Program-made: the position numbers and the translations under genes
Shown: positions 35,435-44,351 of the stretch, one piece after another
Numbering within the stretch: position 1 is the first letter of the stretch
How the letters are laid out: every line of letters begins with the position of its first letter
NCBI GenBank assembly: GCA_018894615.1
Contig: JAHIPL010000037.1
Span: 1-45,851, forward strand
DNA from: Acidobacteriota bacterium
GTDB lineage: Bacteria > Acidobacteriota > Aminicenantia > Aminicenantales > Aminicenantaceae
DNA length: 45,851 nucleotides
Direction of reading: 5' to 3'
The notes under the pieces: generated by a model
The model's input: only the letters and a program-made list of their open reading frames with translations
What the model was told of the DNA's origin: nothing
Database searches by the model: none

Positions 35435-36415
35435 ATGGGTGTTTTTCTTTTTCGATTTGTTGTTTTATTTTTGGTGACCGTTGCCGGATATTTCTTTCCG
35501 CCTTTCAGCCTTCCGAAACTCGCCGGCGCCGGGGTGGCTTTTTTTCTCAGCATTGTCATCGTGTTTCTTGAAACCAGAATCCGGAAAACCCAGTTCAAGA
35601 TCATCTGGGGTTCGACCATCGGGACGTTCGCCGGGGTTTTCCTGGGCTGGTTTCTCGGGGCTGTTTACCAGAATGTCTCCGATGACGGCTCCACTGCGAC
35701 ATTCCTTCGGATATTTTTCCTCATCATCCTGCCCTATATCGGTTTCCTGGTCGGGACACTCAAATTCGAGTGGCTCGAACCCGGGTTTCTGCTTCGCTTC
35801 TTCAAGGAGAAGAGTGTCGGCCGAAGTTTTAAAATCCTGGATACCAGCGTCATCATCGACGGCCGCATCGCGGACATCTGTGACGCGGCTTTTATCGAGG
35901 GGACGCTGGTTGTTCCCCAGTTCATTTTGAAGGAGCTTCAGCTCGTCGCTGATTCTTCGGACGGCATCAAGCGTCAGAGGGGACGGAGAGGATTGGAGGT
36001 CCTGGACCATCTCCAGAAAACGTCGCAGGTGCGCGTCATCATCTCGGAGCTGGATTTTCCTGCTACCAAGGATGTGGATTCCAAGCTTATCGAAGTCGCC
36101 AAGTACATGGATGCTAAAATTGTGACCAACGACTTCAATCTGAGCAAGGTGGCCCAGCTGCAGGGCGTTCCCATTCTGAACATCAACGAGCTGGCCAACG
36201 CCCTCAAGCCTGTTGTTCTTCCCGGAGAAACCATGCGGGTGTTTATCCTGAAAGAAGGCAAGGAAAAGGACCAGGGTGTTGCCTACCTGGATGACGGAAC
36301 CATGGTTGTCTGCGACAACGCCCGAAAAATGATCGGCCAGACGATCGATGTAACCGTGACATCCGTACTGCAGACAACGGTCGGAAAAATGATTTTCGGC
36401 CGCTACAACGAGTAG
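35435..36415 (+). CDS. PIN/TRAM domain membrane protein (YacL-like)
   Basis: N-terminal TM helices, KILDTSVIIDGRI, KRQRGRRGL, TNDFNL.KVA, GKEKDQGVAYLDDGTMVV. Confidence 0.93.
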   Translation: MGVFLFRFVVLFLVTVAGYFFPPFSLPKLAGAGVAFFLSIVIVFLETRIRKTQFKIIWGSTIGTFAGVFLGWFLGAVYQNVSDDGSTATFLRIFFLIILPYIGFLVGTLKFEWLEPGFLLRFFKEKSVGRSFKILDTSVIIDGRIADICDAAFIEGTLVVPQFILKELQLVADSSDGIKRQRGRRGLEVLDHLQKTSQVRVIISELDFPATKDVDSKLIEVAKYMDAKIVTNDFNLSKVAQLQGVPILNINELANALKPVVLPGETMRVFILKEGKEKDQGVAYLDDGTMVVCDNARKMIGQTIDVTVTSVLQTTVGKMIFGRYNE

Positions 36416-36417
36416 AG

Positions 36418-37086
36418 GTGAGTATTTTCGTCTCCGTTGTTGTCGTCGCCGCAGGAAGCGGACAAAGATTCGGCGGCGGCAAGCAGACCGCCCTGCTTCG
36501 GGGTCAACCCGTTATCGAGCGCGCCCTGGATCCCTTTCAGAGAATGAGCGCCGTTTCTGAAATGATTCTTGTCCTGCCGCCGGGACAGGATGGGGGGGCT
36601 CTGTGCAGGCGGTTTCCAAAAATCTCCCATTGTGTTCCAGGCGGTCAGGAACGAAGGGATTCCGTCCGGGCGGGATTCGAAGCTGTCGACGGGAAAAAAA
36701 CGGATATCGTTCTGGTGCATGACGGCGCCCGTCCCCTGGTTCGTGAAGACCTGATCACCAGAGTGATTCTTGCCGCTGAAGCGAAGGGCGCGGCTGTTCC
36801 CGTCATCCCCCTGGAGGACACCGTCAAATCCTGCCGGAACGGGAAAGTGATTCAAACCCTTGAGCGGTCCCTGCTTTTCCTTACCCAGACGCCGCAGGGT
36901 TTCCGATACCAGATCCTGGCCCGGGCGTTTCGCCGGGCGTCCCGCTCTGCATTTTCCGGAACGGATGAGGCCTCTTTTGTCGAAGAGCTTGGACTGCCTG
37001 TTTTTGCCGTGCCCGGAGATCCGACGAATATAAAAATTACGAAGCCCCTGGATATGAAGATTGCGGAGGTCTTTCTCGATGATTAG
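36418..37086 (+). CDS. ispD: 2-C-methyl-D-erythritol 4-phosphate cytidylyltransferase
   Basis: AAGSGQRFG..KQ, GG.ER.DSV, VLVHDGARP, QTPQGF, TDEAS, NIKIT.P.D. Confidence 0.96.
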   Translation: MSIFVSVVVVAAGSGQRFGGGKQTALLRGQPVIERALDPFQRMSAVSEMILVLPPGQDGGALCRRFPKISHCVPGGQERRDSVRAGFEAVDGKKTDIVLVHDGARPLVREDLITRVILAAEAKGAAVPVIPLEDTVKSCRNGKVIQTLERSLLFLTQTPQGFRYQILARAFRRASRSAFSGTDEASFVEELGLPVFAVPGDPTNIKITKPLDMKIAEVFLDD

Positions 37087-37570
37087 AGTGGGAATAGGAA
37101 CCGATATCCACCGCCTGGAGAAGGGCCGGCCTCTTTTCCTGGGGGGAATGTCCCTTCCCTGGGAAAAAGGGCTGGTCGGCCACTCGGATGGGGACTGCCT
37201 CATTCATGCGCTGATCGATGCCTTGCTGGGCGCGGCGGGTGCCGGAGATATCGGGCGGCATTTCCCGGATACGGATCCTGCCTACCAGGGGATTCAAAGC
37301 GCGATCCTTCTGAAACGAATCCGGGAAAATATTTTGGCGGAAGATTCCGTCATTCATAATGTGGATGCCGTGATCACGGCGGAACAACCCCGATTGGCCG
37401 CCTATATCCCTGCAATGGAAAGCCGCCTGGCGGAAATACTGGAAATCCCTTCCAGCCGGATCAATATCAAAGCAAAGACAAATGAGGGGATAGGGGCCTT
37501 AGGCCGGGGGGAGGCCATCGCCGCGTTTGTCGTCGTCCTTTTGCAGATTCCCTCTTGCTCCTCGGAGTGA
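37079..37570 (+). CDS. ispF: 2-C-methyl-D-erythritol 2,4-cyclodiphosphate synthase
   Basis: RVGIG.DIH, GHSDGD...HA..DALLGA, DIG.HFPD, KAKTNE. Start 37079. Confidence 0.96.
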   Translation: MIRVGIGTDIHRLEKGRPLFLGGMSLPWEKGLVGHSDGDCLIHALIDALLGAAGAGDIGRHFPDTDPAYQGIQSAILLKRIRENILAEDSVIHNVDAVITAEQPRLAAYIPAMESRLAEILEIPSSRINIKAKTNEGIGALGRGEAIAAFVVVLLQIPSCSSE

Positions 37571-37607
37571 ACGGTCATTTCCAGCAAAATATCCAACCGC
37601 TTCCCGG

Positions 37608-37636
37608 TTGACTCGGACCCTGTTTAGAGATATTCT
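37608..37636 (+). promoter_or_regulatory. gltX promoter
   Basis: TTGACT-17-TATTCT. Confidence 0.6.
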
Positions 37637-37700
37637 CAGGGCGAATGGAGGGCGTTCCGTGTGTCCCTTCCACCCCTTCCTTGCATTCGGAGTGAAAACG

Positions 37701-39206
37701 ATGAATCCTGTCAGAGTACGTTTCGCCCCCAGCCCCACGGGTTTTCTTCATGTTGGAAACGCCCGGACGGCCCTGTTCAATTGGTTGTTCGCACGTCAGC
37801 ATAACGGCCGTTTTATTCTGCGGATTGAAGACACGGATGTTGAACGGTCCTTCTCCGCCTTCGAAGAGCAGCTTATCATGGATTTGAAATGGCTGGGCCT
37901 CGAGTGGGACGAGGGGCCGGAAACGGAAGGGGAATTCGGTCCCTACCGCCAGTCTTTGCGGCTCCTCACTTACAGGGATTACACCCGGCGCCTGCTGGAA
38001 AAAAAAGCGGCTTACCACTGTTTCTGCTCCAGCGAGGATCTGGAGCGGGAGAAAAACACCGCTGTGTCCGAAGGAAGAATGCCTCTCTACAGCGGCCGCT
38101 GCTTAAAGCTCGATCCGAAAGAATCCGCCGCACGGATTGCCGGGGGAGAGGAAGCCGCCGTGCGGCTGAAAACTCCGGAGTGTGGGGAGTTGTCCTTTGA
38201 TGACGATGTGCGCGGGACGGTCAGCTTTGACCTGTCTCTGGTCGGGGATCCAGTGATCGTCCGGTCCAATGGTCACCCAGCCTATAACTTCGCCGTCGTC
38301 ATCGATGACCACTGCATGAATATCTCACATGTCATTCGCGGCGAGGATCATATCTCGAACATGCCCCGCCAGATTCTCGTCTATAAGGCTCTTTCCCTTC
38401 CGCTTCCCCGCTTTGCGCACCTGTCTATGGTGATGGGGGAGGACAACACGCGCCTGAGCAAGAGGCACGGCGCCACTTCGGTCCGCCAGTTTGACGACGA
38501 CGGAATCCTCTCTTCCGCCCTGGCAAACTATCTTGCCCTGCTGGGATGGTCCCCTCCGGAAGATCGGGAGGTCCTGTCCCTGGAAGAAATGGTTCCGCTG
38601 TTCAATCTGAAAAAAGTGTCCCGGTCCGCGGCCATCTTTGATTACAAAAAACTTCATTGGCTCAACAGGCAGCACCTTAAAAGACAACCGGTTGAACAGT
38701 TGGCCAGGGCCGCCTTTCCCTTCCTGAAGGATGAGGGAATCCTGCCTGCGGACATGACGCCTGACCTCTGGGCCTGGCTGGAAAAAGCGGTGGGGATTTT
38801 AATTGAAAAAGTTGACCGCCTCTCCGACCTCTCGCCTCATTTTGCGGCTCTTTTTGAATACTCCCCGGAAAAGCTCGATGGCGAGGCCCGGGAGATTCTG
38901 TCTTCCGATTGTGCCCGGAAGGTTCTTTTCTCCGTTCATGAGGAATTGAAAACACTGGAGAAGGTTGATTTCGCCGCCTTCGGTATCCTCACCAAAAAAG
39001 TGAAGGAGCAAACCGGATGCAAGGGAAAGGAACTCTTCCATCCCCTGCGTGTGGCCCTGACCGCCCGCACGTCCGGACTGGACCTCGACAAGTTTATCCC
39101 TTTGGTCGAGGAGGGCGCGGAGCTGTCTTTTCCGGCTCCCTTAAAAAATTGCAGAAGTCGTGTTTCGGAAATCCTGAATTATCTGGGAGAGACCGGGAGC
39201 CGCTGA
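37701..39206 (+). CDS. gltX: Glutamate--tRNA ligase
   Basis: VRVRFAPSPTG.LHVGN, LRIEDTD, Zn motif CFCS...YSGRC, HVIRGEDH, LSKRHG. Start 37701. Confidence 0.97.
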   Translation: MNPVRVRFAPSPTGFLHVGNARTALFNWLFARQHNGRFILRIEDTDVERSFSAFEEQLIMDLKWLGLEWDEGPETEGEFGPYRQSLRLLTYRDYTRRLLEKKAAYHCFCSSEDLEREKNTAVSEGRMPLYSGRCLKLDPKESAARIAGGEEAAVRLKTPECGELSFDDDVRGTVSFDLSLVGDPVIVRSNGHPAYNFAVVIDDHCMNISHVIRGEDHISNMPRQILVYKALSLPLPRFAHLSMVMGEDNTRLSKRHGATSVRQFDDDGILSSALANYLALLGWSPPEDREVLSLEEMVPLFNLKKVSRSAAIFDYKKLHWLNRQHLKRQPVEQLARAAFPFLKDEGILPADMTPDLWAWLEKAVGILIEKVDRLSDLSPHFAALFEYSPEKLDGEAREILSSDCARKVLFSVHEELKTLEKVDFAAFGILTKKVKEQTGCKGKELFHPLRVALTARTSGLDLDKFIPLVEEGAELSFPAPLKNCRSRVSEILNYLGETGSR

Positions 39207-39212
39207 TTCACC

Positions 39213-39941
39213 ATGGCCGTTATCAGCCGCATCAACCCGATTGTGGAGGCGCTTCAATCAGATCCGAAGAGCATTCAGCGCATCTTTGTCGAAAAGGCCC
39301 CTCTCAGGGGACGGCTGGAAGATGTGATCCGCCTTGCGAAAAACCGAGGCGTCCCTGTCAGCCTTGTGCCGCGGCCGGTTCTGGACCGGATGGAACAGGG
39401 ACATCAGGGGATCATCGCCCGGATAGTGCTCAAATCCTTCTCCACTCTTGAGGATATCCTGACCGGTGCTTCCCGACCGTTCCTTCTGCTGTTGGACGAA
39501 ATCACGGATCCTCAGAATTTCGGCGCTCTTATTCGAACGGCGGAGTGCGCCGGCGTTGACGGGATCATCGTTCCGGAAAGACGGTCGTCGGGTTTGACGG
39601 AGGTGGTTTACAGGGTTTCGGCGGGAGCGGCCCAGCATGTTCCTATCGCCCCGGTGAAAAACCTGGCTCGAACCATGGATGAACTGAAGAAAGCGGGGAT
39701 CTGGCTGGTCGGGGCCGAGAGCGGAGGCGAAAACGAGTGGGATGAATTCGACTTCACGCTGCCCACGGGGATCGTGCTTGGTTCCGAAGGGCGCGGCCTG
39801 CGTCCTCTGGTCAGGAGAAGCTGTGATGCGGTTCTTTCTCTTCCGCTGGCGGGAAGGGTGAATTCGCTCAATGTCGCCGCCGCTGCGGCGGTTTTTTTAT
39901 ACGAGGTGGTCCGGCAGCGAAAAAAGATCCCGGCGGATTGA
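39213..39941 (+). CDS. rlmB: 23S rRNA Gm2251 methyltransferase (SPOUT)
   Basis: HQGI.A, LDEITDPQNFGALIRTA, SAGA, GSEGRG, SLNVA.A. Confidence 0.93.
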   Translation: MAVISRINPIVEALQSDPKSIQRIFVEKAPLRGRLEDVIRLAKNRGVPVSLVPRPVLDRMEQGHQGIIARIVLKSFSTLEDILTGASRPFLLLLDEITDPQNFGALIRTAECAGVDGIIVPERRSSGLTEVVYRVSAGAAQHVPIAPVKNLARTMDELKKAGIWLVGAESGGENEWDEFDFTLPTGIVLGSEGRGLRPLVRRSCDAVLSLPLAGRVNSLNVAAAAAVFLYEVVRQRKKIPAD

Positions 39942-39984
39942 ATAATTCAGCCCGGTCAACCGTAACTCGGTTGAGAAAAATGAA

Positions 39985-40584
39985 ATGGCTGAATCAATTC
40001 GAACGGAACTTGTCCTGCCCGGCCCCAACAGCATTGGAGCAACGACGGTGTGCCAATCGGAAAAGGATCTTCTTGAACTGGTCAGGGCAGGGGATAAGAA
40101 GGCTTATCAGAGCATCGTCCTGCGCTACATGAAATCCGCTTATTATGTGGCGCTGGGTTTCCTTCACAATCAACAGGATGCACTCGATGTCTCCCAGGAT
40201 GCATTCATTCGGGCCTACAGAAAGAGGTTGACGTTTGATCCGGAGAGGCCGTTTTTCCCCTGGTTCTACAGGCTGCTTCGGAACATGTGCATCGACTATG
40301 TGAAAAAAGACCGGAGAAAAGACGAAGTCCCTCTGGAAGACGTCCCGATTCTCGACACTCAGGAAGAGGATGCGGAGATGAAGAGCGCCATCTGGAAAGG
40401 AATCCGGGAGCTTCCGGGCATTCACAGGGAAGTGATCATTTTGCGCTATTTTCGCCAGATGTCCTACCAGGAAATCGCGGAGGTAACGGGAAAGCCGATG
40501 GGGACGGTCATGTCATCTCTTTATTATGCTAAAAAGAAACTCAAAGGCATTCTTGAAAAATATTATGCAGTGATTACGGAGTGA
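39985..40584 (+). CDS. ECF-subfamily RNA polymerase sigma factor
   Basis: DALDVSQDAFIRAY, F.PWFYR..RN.CID, REVIILRYF..MSYQEIAE..G.P.GTV.S.L..A. Alternative start GTG 40048. Confidence 0.93.
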   Translation: MAESIRTELVLPGPNSIGATTVCQSEKDLLELVRAGDKKAYQSIVLRYMKSAYYVALGFLHNQQDALDVSQDAFIRAYRKRLTFDPERPFFPWFYRLLRNMCIDYVKKDRRKDEVPLEDVPILDTQEEDAEMKSAIWKGIRELPGIHREVIILRYFRQMSYQEIAEVTGKPMGTVMSSLYYAKKKLKGILEKYYAVITE

Positions 40585-40588
40585 TGAA

Positions 40589-41035
40589 ATGGATCACCAG
40601 GAAATAAAGGAACTCCTTTCAGCCTATGCGGACGGGGTGCTTCAGGGCGAGCAGGAACAATTGGTCGATGCTCATTTGAAAACCTGTCCCGGGTGCAGGC
40701 AGGAGTTGAATGAACTGGAACGATTTGAGGAGGTCATGACAAAAATGGAACTCAAAAAAGTGGATAAAGAGGTTTGGAAGCTTTATTGGGATTCGGTTTA
40801 TAATCGGCTGGAGCGAAGAATCGGGTGGATATTGTTATCCATCGGTGGTATGATGCTCCTTTTTTTCGGCGGATATAAATTGATCGAAGGTTTGATCCTG
40901 GATCCCGGCATCCCGCTGCTGCTGAAAATCGGCCTTCTGGTCTTTATAGCCGGAATAGCCGTGATGTTGATATCCTTTGTCAAAGAGCAGTTTTTTGTTT
41001 ATAAAAGAGAGAGATACAGGGAGGTGGAAAAATGA
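40589..41035 (+). CDS. ZAS (zf-HC2) anti-sigma factor with two TM helices
   Basis: LLSAYADG.L, HLKTCPGC (HxxxCxxC), two hydrophobic segments, no large periplasmic domain. Confidence 0.88.
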   Translation: MDHQEIKELLSAYADGVLQGEQEQLVDAHLKTCPGCRQELNELERFEEVMTKMELKKVDKEVWKLYWDSVYNRLERRIGWILLSIGGMMLLFFGGYKLIEGLILDPGIPLLLKIGLLVFIAGIAVMLISFVKEQFFVYKRERYREVEK

Positions 41036-41346
41036 TCGTCATCAATACCGATTTTGTGCCCGGGAAAAAAATCGTCAAGGTTCTGGGACTTGCCCGGGGG
41101 AACACCATTCGCGCCCGTCATATCGGCCGGGATATTGCGGCCGGACTTAAAAATCTCGTCGGCGGTGAAATTCGCGATTATACAAAAATGATGGCGGAAT
41201 CCCGGGAGCAGGCCCTGGACCGCATGGTTGAAGAGGCGGAAAAAATGGGGGCGAATGCCGTTATCAATGTTCGAATAACCACATCCATGATCATGCAGTC
41301 CGCTTCGGAAATCATGGTTTACGGAACAGCCGTCATCGTTGAATAG
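41032..41346 (+). CDS. YbjQ / UPF0145 family protein
   Basis: G..RG........RDI.AGLKNLVGGEI..Y......SRE.A..RM..EA..MGANAVI, YGTAV. Confidence 0.93.
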   Translation: MIVINTDFVPGKKIVKVLGLARGNTIRARHIGRDIAAGLKNLVGGEIRDYTKMMAESREQALDRMVEEAEKMGANAVINVRITTSMIMQSASEIMVYGTAVIVE

Positions 41347-41358
41347 CTCCCGCCAAAC

Positions 41359-42021
41359 ATGCGGTTTCTGTTGAAAACCGGATTATTCCTTCTGGTCGGT
41401 GTCCTTCTGGTGGCTTTTTGTATGTCGGCCACTCCCCTCGATGAGATCATGGAGGAGGGCATCTATTCCATCTACTACGGAGGAGAAAAAGTCGGCTACG
41501 AGGAGTATGTCTGGAAAGCGGAAAAAAACGCCTTCGTACTCGAAGTTAAAGGAAGAATGGACGGGCCGGTGCCGTCGTCGCTGGAGGAGTTGACCATCCG
41601 GGTTGACAGGAATTTTATTCCGGTCTCCTATTCGTTCAAGGGGACGATCGGAGGGCTGTCCCAGCAGGTGGACTGCACGTTTCAAGAGGGAGTTGTCGAT
41701 CTGAGAATGACGGTCGCCGGAAGGAGCTTCCGCCGAAGCGTCCGCATTCAGAGGGATGCGTTCCTTCTGCCGAATCCGTTTTTTTCCCCTTATCTCATCA
41801 TCGCTAAAAAATTCGGATGCCGCCTTCAAGAAAAGCGTGACCTTTTTTCCTACATCGTTCCGCAGCTGGAAGAGGGCTTCAGTCTCGAATCAGATGAGGA
41901 AACCCCCTGCCTTCTTTTTCTGATGTTCAAGGACACACGAATCGAAATGGAAACAAACGAAGACGGAACGCTCCTTCACCTCAGGATTCCCTCTCAGAAT
42001 ATCAAAGTCTCGCGTAACTGA
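41359..42021 (+). CDS. Exported, beta-rich hypothetical protein (possible lipoprotein)
   Basis: Hydrophobic signal ending VAF-C; alternating beta-strand pattern; no recognised family. Confidence 0.7.
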   Translation: MRFLLKTGLFLLVGVLLVAFCMSATPLDEIMEEGIYSIYYGGEKVGYEEYVWKAEKNAFVLEVKGRMDGPVPSSLEELTIRVDRNFIPVSYSFKGTIGGLSQQVDCTFQEGVVDLRMTVAGRSFRRSVRIQRDAFLLPNPFFSPYLIIAKKFGCRLQEKRDLFSYIVPQLEEGFSLESDEETPCLLFLMFKDTRIEMETNEDGTLLHLRIPSQNIKVSRN

Positions 42022-42048
42022 TCCTCCTCTTCCGGGCGCGACCCCGGC

Positions 42049-42077
42049 TTGAATAAATCCGTTTAAACAATTAAAAT
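42049..42077 (+). promoter_or_regulatory. accA-hisS-aspS promoter
   Basis: TTGAAT-17-TAAAAT. Confidence 0.6.
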
Positions 42078-42106
42078 AGACAAACCTGTTCGAGAGAAAA
42101 CAATCA

Positions 42107-43063
42107 ATGGATAAACAAAAAGATTTTTACCAGCTGGAAAAAGACATTCAGGACATCTATCGGCAAATACAAATATTGACCGAGAATGAAGACGAGGCGG
42201 CCGCTGTCGAAATAAAGAAAGGAAGAGCGGCGATCGCCCAAAAATGGGAGAAGCTGGCCCCTGTTCTGACGCCCCTTCATTACGTTCAGATCGCCCGGCA
42301 TCCCCAGCGTCCCTACACGCTGGATTACCTGAATGCCCTTGTCGAAAATTTTGTCGAATTTCATGGAGACAGAAGAGCCGGGGACGATACGGCTATTGTC
42401 GCCGGATTTGGATTCTACAAAGGAAAAACAACGGCCTTCATCGGTCATCAGAAGGGACGGACCACACGAAACCGCATAATGAGAAATTTCGGACAGCCCA
42501 ATCCGGAAGGCTATAGAAAAGCGCTTCGCGTCATGAAGCTGGCGGAAAAATTCGGCTATCCCGTCGTCACCCTGATCGATACGCCCGGAGCATACCCGGG
42601 CATTCAGGCGGAGGAGCGGGGGCAGGCCGAGGCGATCGCCTTCAACCTCAAGGAGATCGCCAATCTTCGTGTCCCCGTCATCAACATCGTTATCGGCGAA
42701 GGAGGAAGCGGAGGTGCGCTGGCAATCGGCGTGGGCGATGAGCTTATCATGCTTCAGTATTCTTTCTATTCCGTGATTTCTCCGGAAGGTTGTGCGGCCA
42801 TCCTTTGGAATGACCAAGACGCCATGAGCCAGGTGACGGAAAACCTCCATTTTCTTCCCGAGGATCTGAAAAAGTTCAATATCGTCGACACCATCATTTC
42901 CGAACCGGCAGGCGGAGCGCATGTCGATTGGAACACCACCTTCCTACATGTGGACAAGGTGCTGGCGGAAGCACTGGACCGCCTTCGGAAAAAGGATGTG
43001 AACAAGCTGCTGGATGACCGCTACGGCAAATACCGGAATATCGGAATATATAAAACGGAATGA
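42107..43063 (+). CDS. accA: Acetyl-CoA carboxylase carboxyltransferase alpha subunit
   Basis: ARHPQRPYTLDY, HGDR, GHQKGR, PEGYRKALR, IDTPGAYPG, GEGGSGGALA, VISPEGCA. Confidence 0.97.
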   Translation: MDKQKDFYQLEKDIQDIYRQIQILTENEDEAAAVEIKKGRAAIAQKWEKLAPVLTPLHYVQIARHPQRPYTLDYLNALVENFVEFHGDRRAGDDTAIVAGFGFYKGKTTAFIGHQKGRTTRNRIMRNFGQPNPEGYRKALRVMKLAEKFGYPVVTLIDTPGAYPGIQAEERGQAEAIAFNLKEIANLRVPVINIVIGEGGSGGALAIGVGDELIMLQYSFYSVISPEGCAAILWNDQDAMSQVTENLHFLPEDLKKFNIVDTIISEPAGGAHVDWNTTFLHVDKVLAEALDRLRKKDVNKLLDDRYGKYRNIGIYKTE

Positions 43064-44325
43064 GTGAATCCGAAAGAAAGAAATCAATTCAGTCCATCAA
43101 GGGAACCAAAGACATTCTTCCGGATGAAGTCTGGATGTGGCAGAAGCTGGAAGAAATCGCCGGAAACCTCTTTGAACGTTATGGATACCGGCAAATCCGA
43201 ACGCCTGTTTTTGAAGCGACGGAGCTGTTTGAAAAAGGAACCGGAGAGACGTCCGACATCGTCACCAAGGAGATGTATTCCTTTCGGGACAAGGGAGGGC
43301 GGGATATCACCCTGCGGCCTGAATACACCCCGTCCGTCGTCCGGTCCATCATCGAACACAGGCTGCACCTTCGGACTCCTCCGCTGCGTTTTTATTATTT
43401 CGGACCGATGTTTCGCTACGATAAACCTCAAAAAGGCCGCTATCGGCAGTTCCATCAGATCGATGTGGAGGTCTTCAATGAAAAGGATGCCGCTATCGAT
43501 GCCGAATTGGTCGAAATGGCGCAGCAGCTGCTCATCCGGTTGGGAGTGAAGGACATACATATTCTGGTCAACTCCGTCGGCTGTACGGCCTGCCGGCCGT
43601 CCTACCACCAACACCTGCGGAAAAGTGCAGACCAGGCCCGTGAAAACCTGTGCAAGGACTGCCGCCGGAAAATCGACACCAATCCCCTGCGCCTTTTTGA
43701 CTGCAAGGAAGAATCCTGCCGTAAAATATCAGAGGGCTTTCCCCTCATAACGGACCATCTCTGTCAAGAGTGCAGGGATCATTTTTTGGCTTTCTGCGCC
43801 TATCTGGATGAACTCTCCATTTCTTACCTCGTCGAATCCCGGCTGGTCCGCGGGCTGGATTACTACACAAAAACGACCTTTGAATTCACGTCAGGAGCAC
43901 TAGGAGCCCAGGACGCCATCCTGGGAGGTGGGCGGTATGACGACATGATGAAGCAGTTCGGAGGACCGGATATCTGTGGAACCGGATTTGCCGTCGGCAT
44001 CGAACGGCTGCTTTCCGCCGCCTCTTTGGAAGAGAATAAACGCGAGTGGCTGTACATCGCCACCCTCGGCGCCGAGGCCCGGATTATGGGAATGAAACTG
44101 GCCCGCGAGCTGCGGGCGGAGGGATGGGAGTGTTTGATCGAATACCGGGAAAGAAGCCTGAACAAGCAGCTGGGCCGCGCCCACAAACTGGGAGCCGGCC
44201 GGGTTGTTCTGATCGGTGACGAGGAAGTCCGATCCGGTCGTGTTCAACTGAAGAACATGTCCAGCGGGCAGCAGACGGACGTTTCCGTGTTAGGTTTGGC
44301 GGAGGCGCTGAACGTATCGGATTGA
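43060..44325 (+). CDS. hisS: Histidine--tRNA ligase
   Basis: KGT.D.LP, TPVFE, KEMY.F.D, LRPE.T, FRY.KPQKGRYRQFHQ, LVRGLDYY, GGGRYD. Confidence 0.98.
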   Translation: MSESERKKSIQSIKGTKDILPDEVWMWQKLEEIAGNLFERYGYRQIRTPVFEATELFEKGTGETSDIVTKEMYSFRDKGGRDITLRPEYTPSVVRSIIEHRLHLRTPPLRFYYFGPMFRYDKPQKGRYRQFHQIDVEVFNEKDAAIDAELVEMAQQLLIRLGVKDIHILVNSVGCTACRPSYHQHLRKSADQARENLCKDCRRKIDTNPLRLFDCKEESCRKISEGFPLITDHLCQECRDHFLAFCAYLDELSISYLVESRLVRGLDYYTKTTFEFTSGALGAQDAILGGGRYDDMMKQFGGPDICGTGFAVGIERLLSAASLEENKREWLYIATLGAEARIMGMKLARELRAEGWECLIEYRERSLNKQLGRAHKLGAGRVVLIGDEEVRSGRVQLKNMSSGQQTDVSVLGLAEALNVSD

Positions 44326-44351
44326 CCCTGCGGACCGGAAAGAGAGGAAGA

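Noticed and set aside
37527-37700. N-terminal extension of GltX; similar over-long starts for rel, gmhB, rseC, apbE and ispF
   Set aside because: Downstream ATGs match family N-termini, RBSs or stop/start overlaps, and a promoter lies within the supposed gltX extension.
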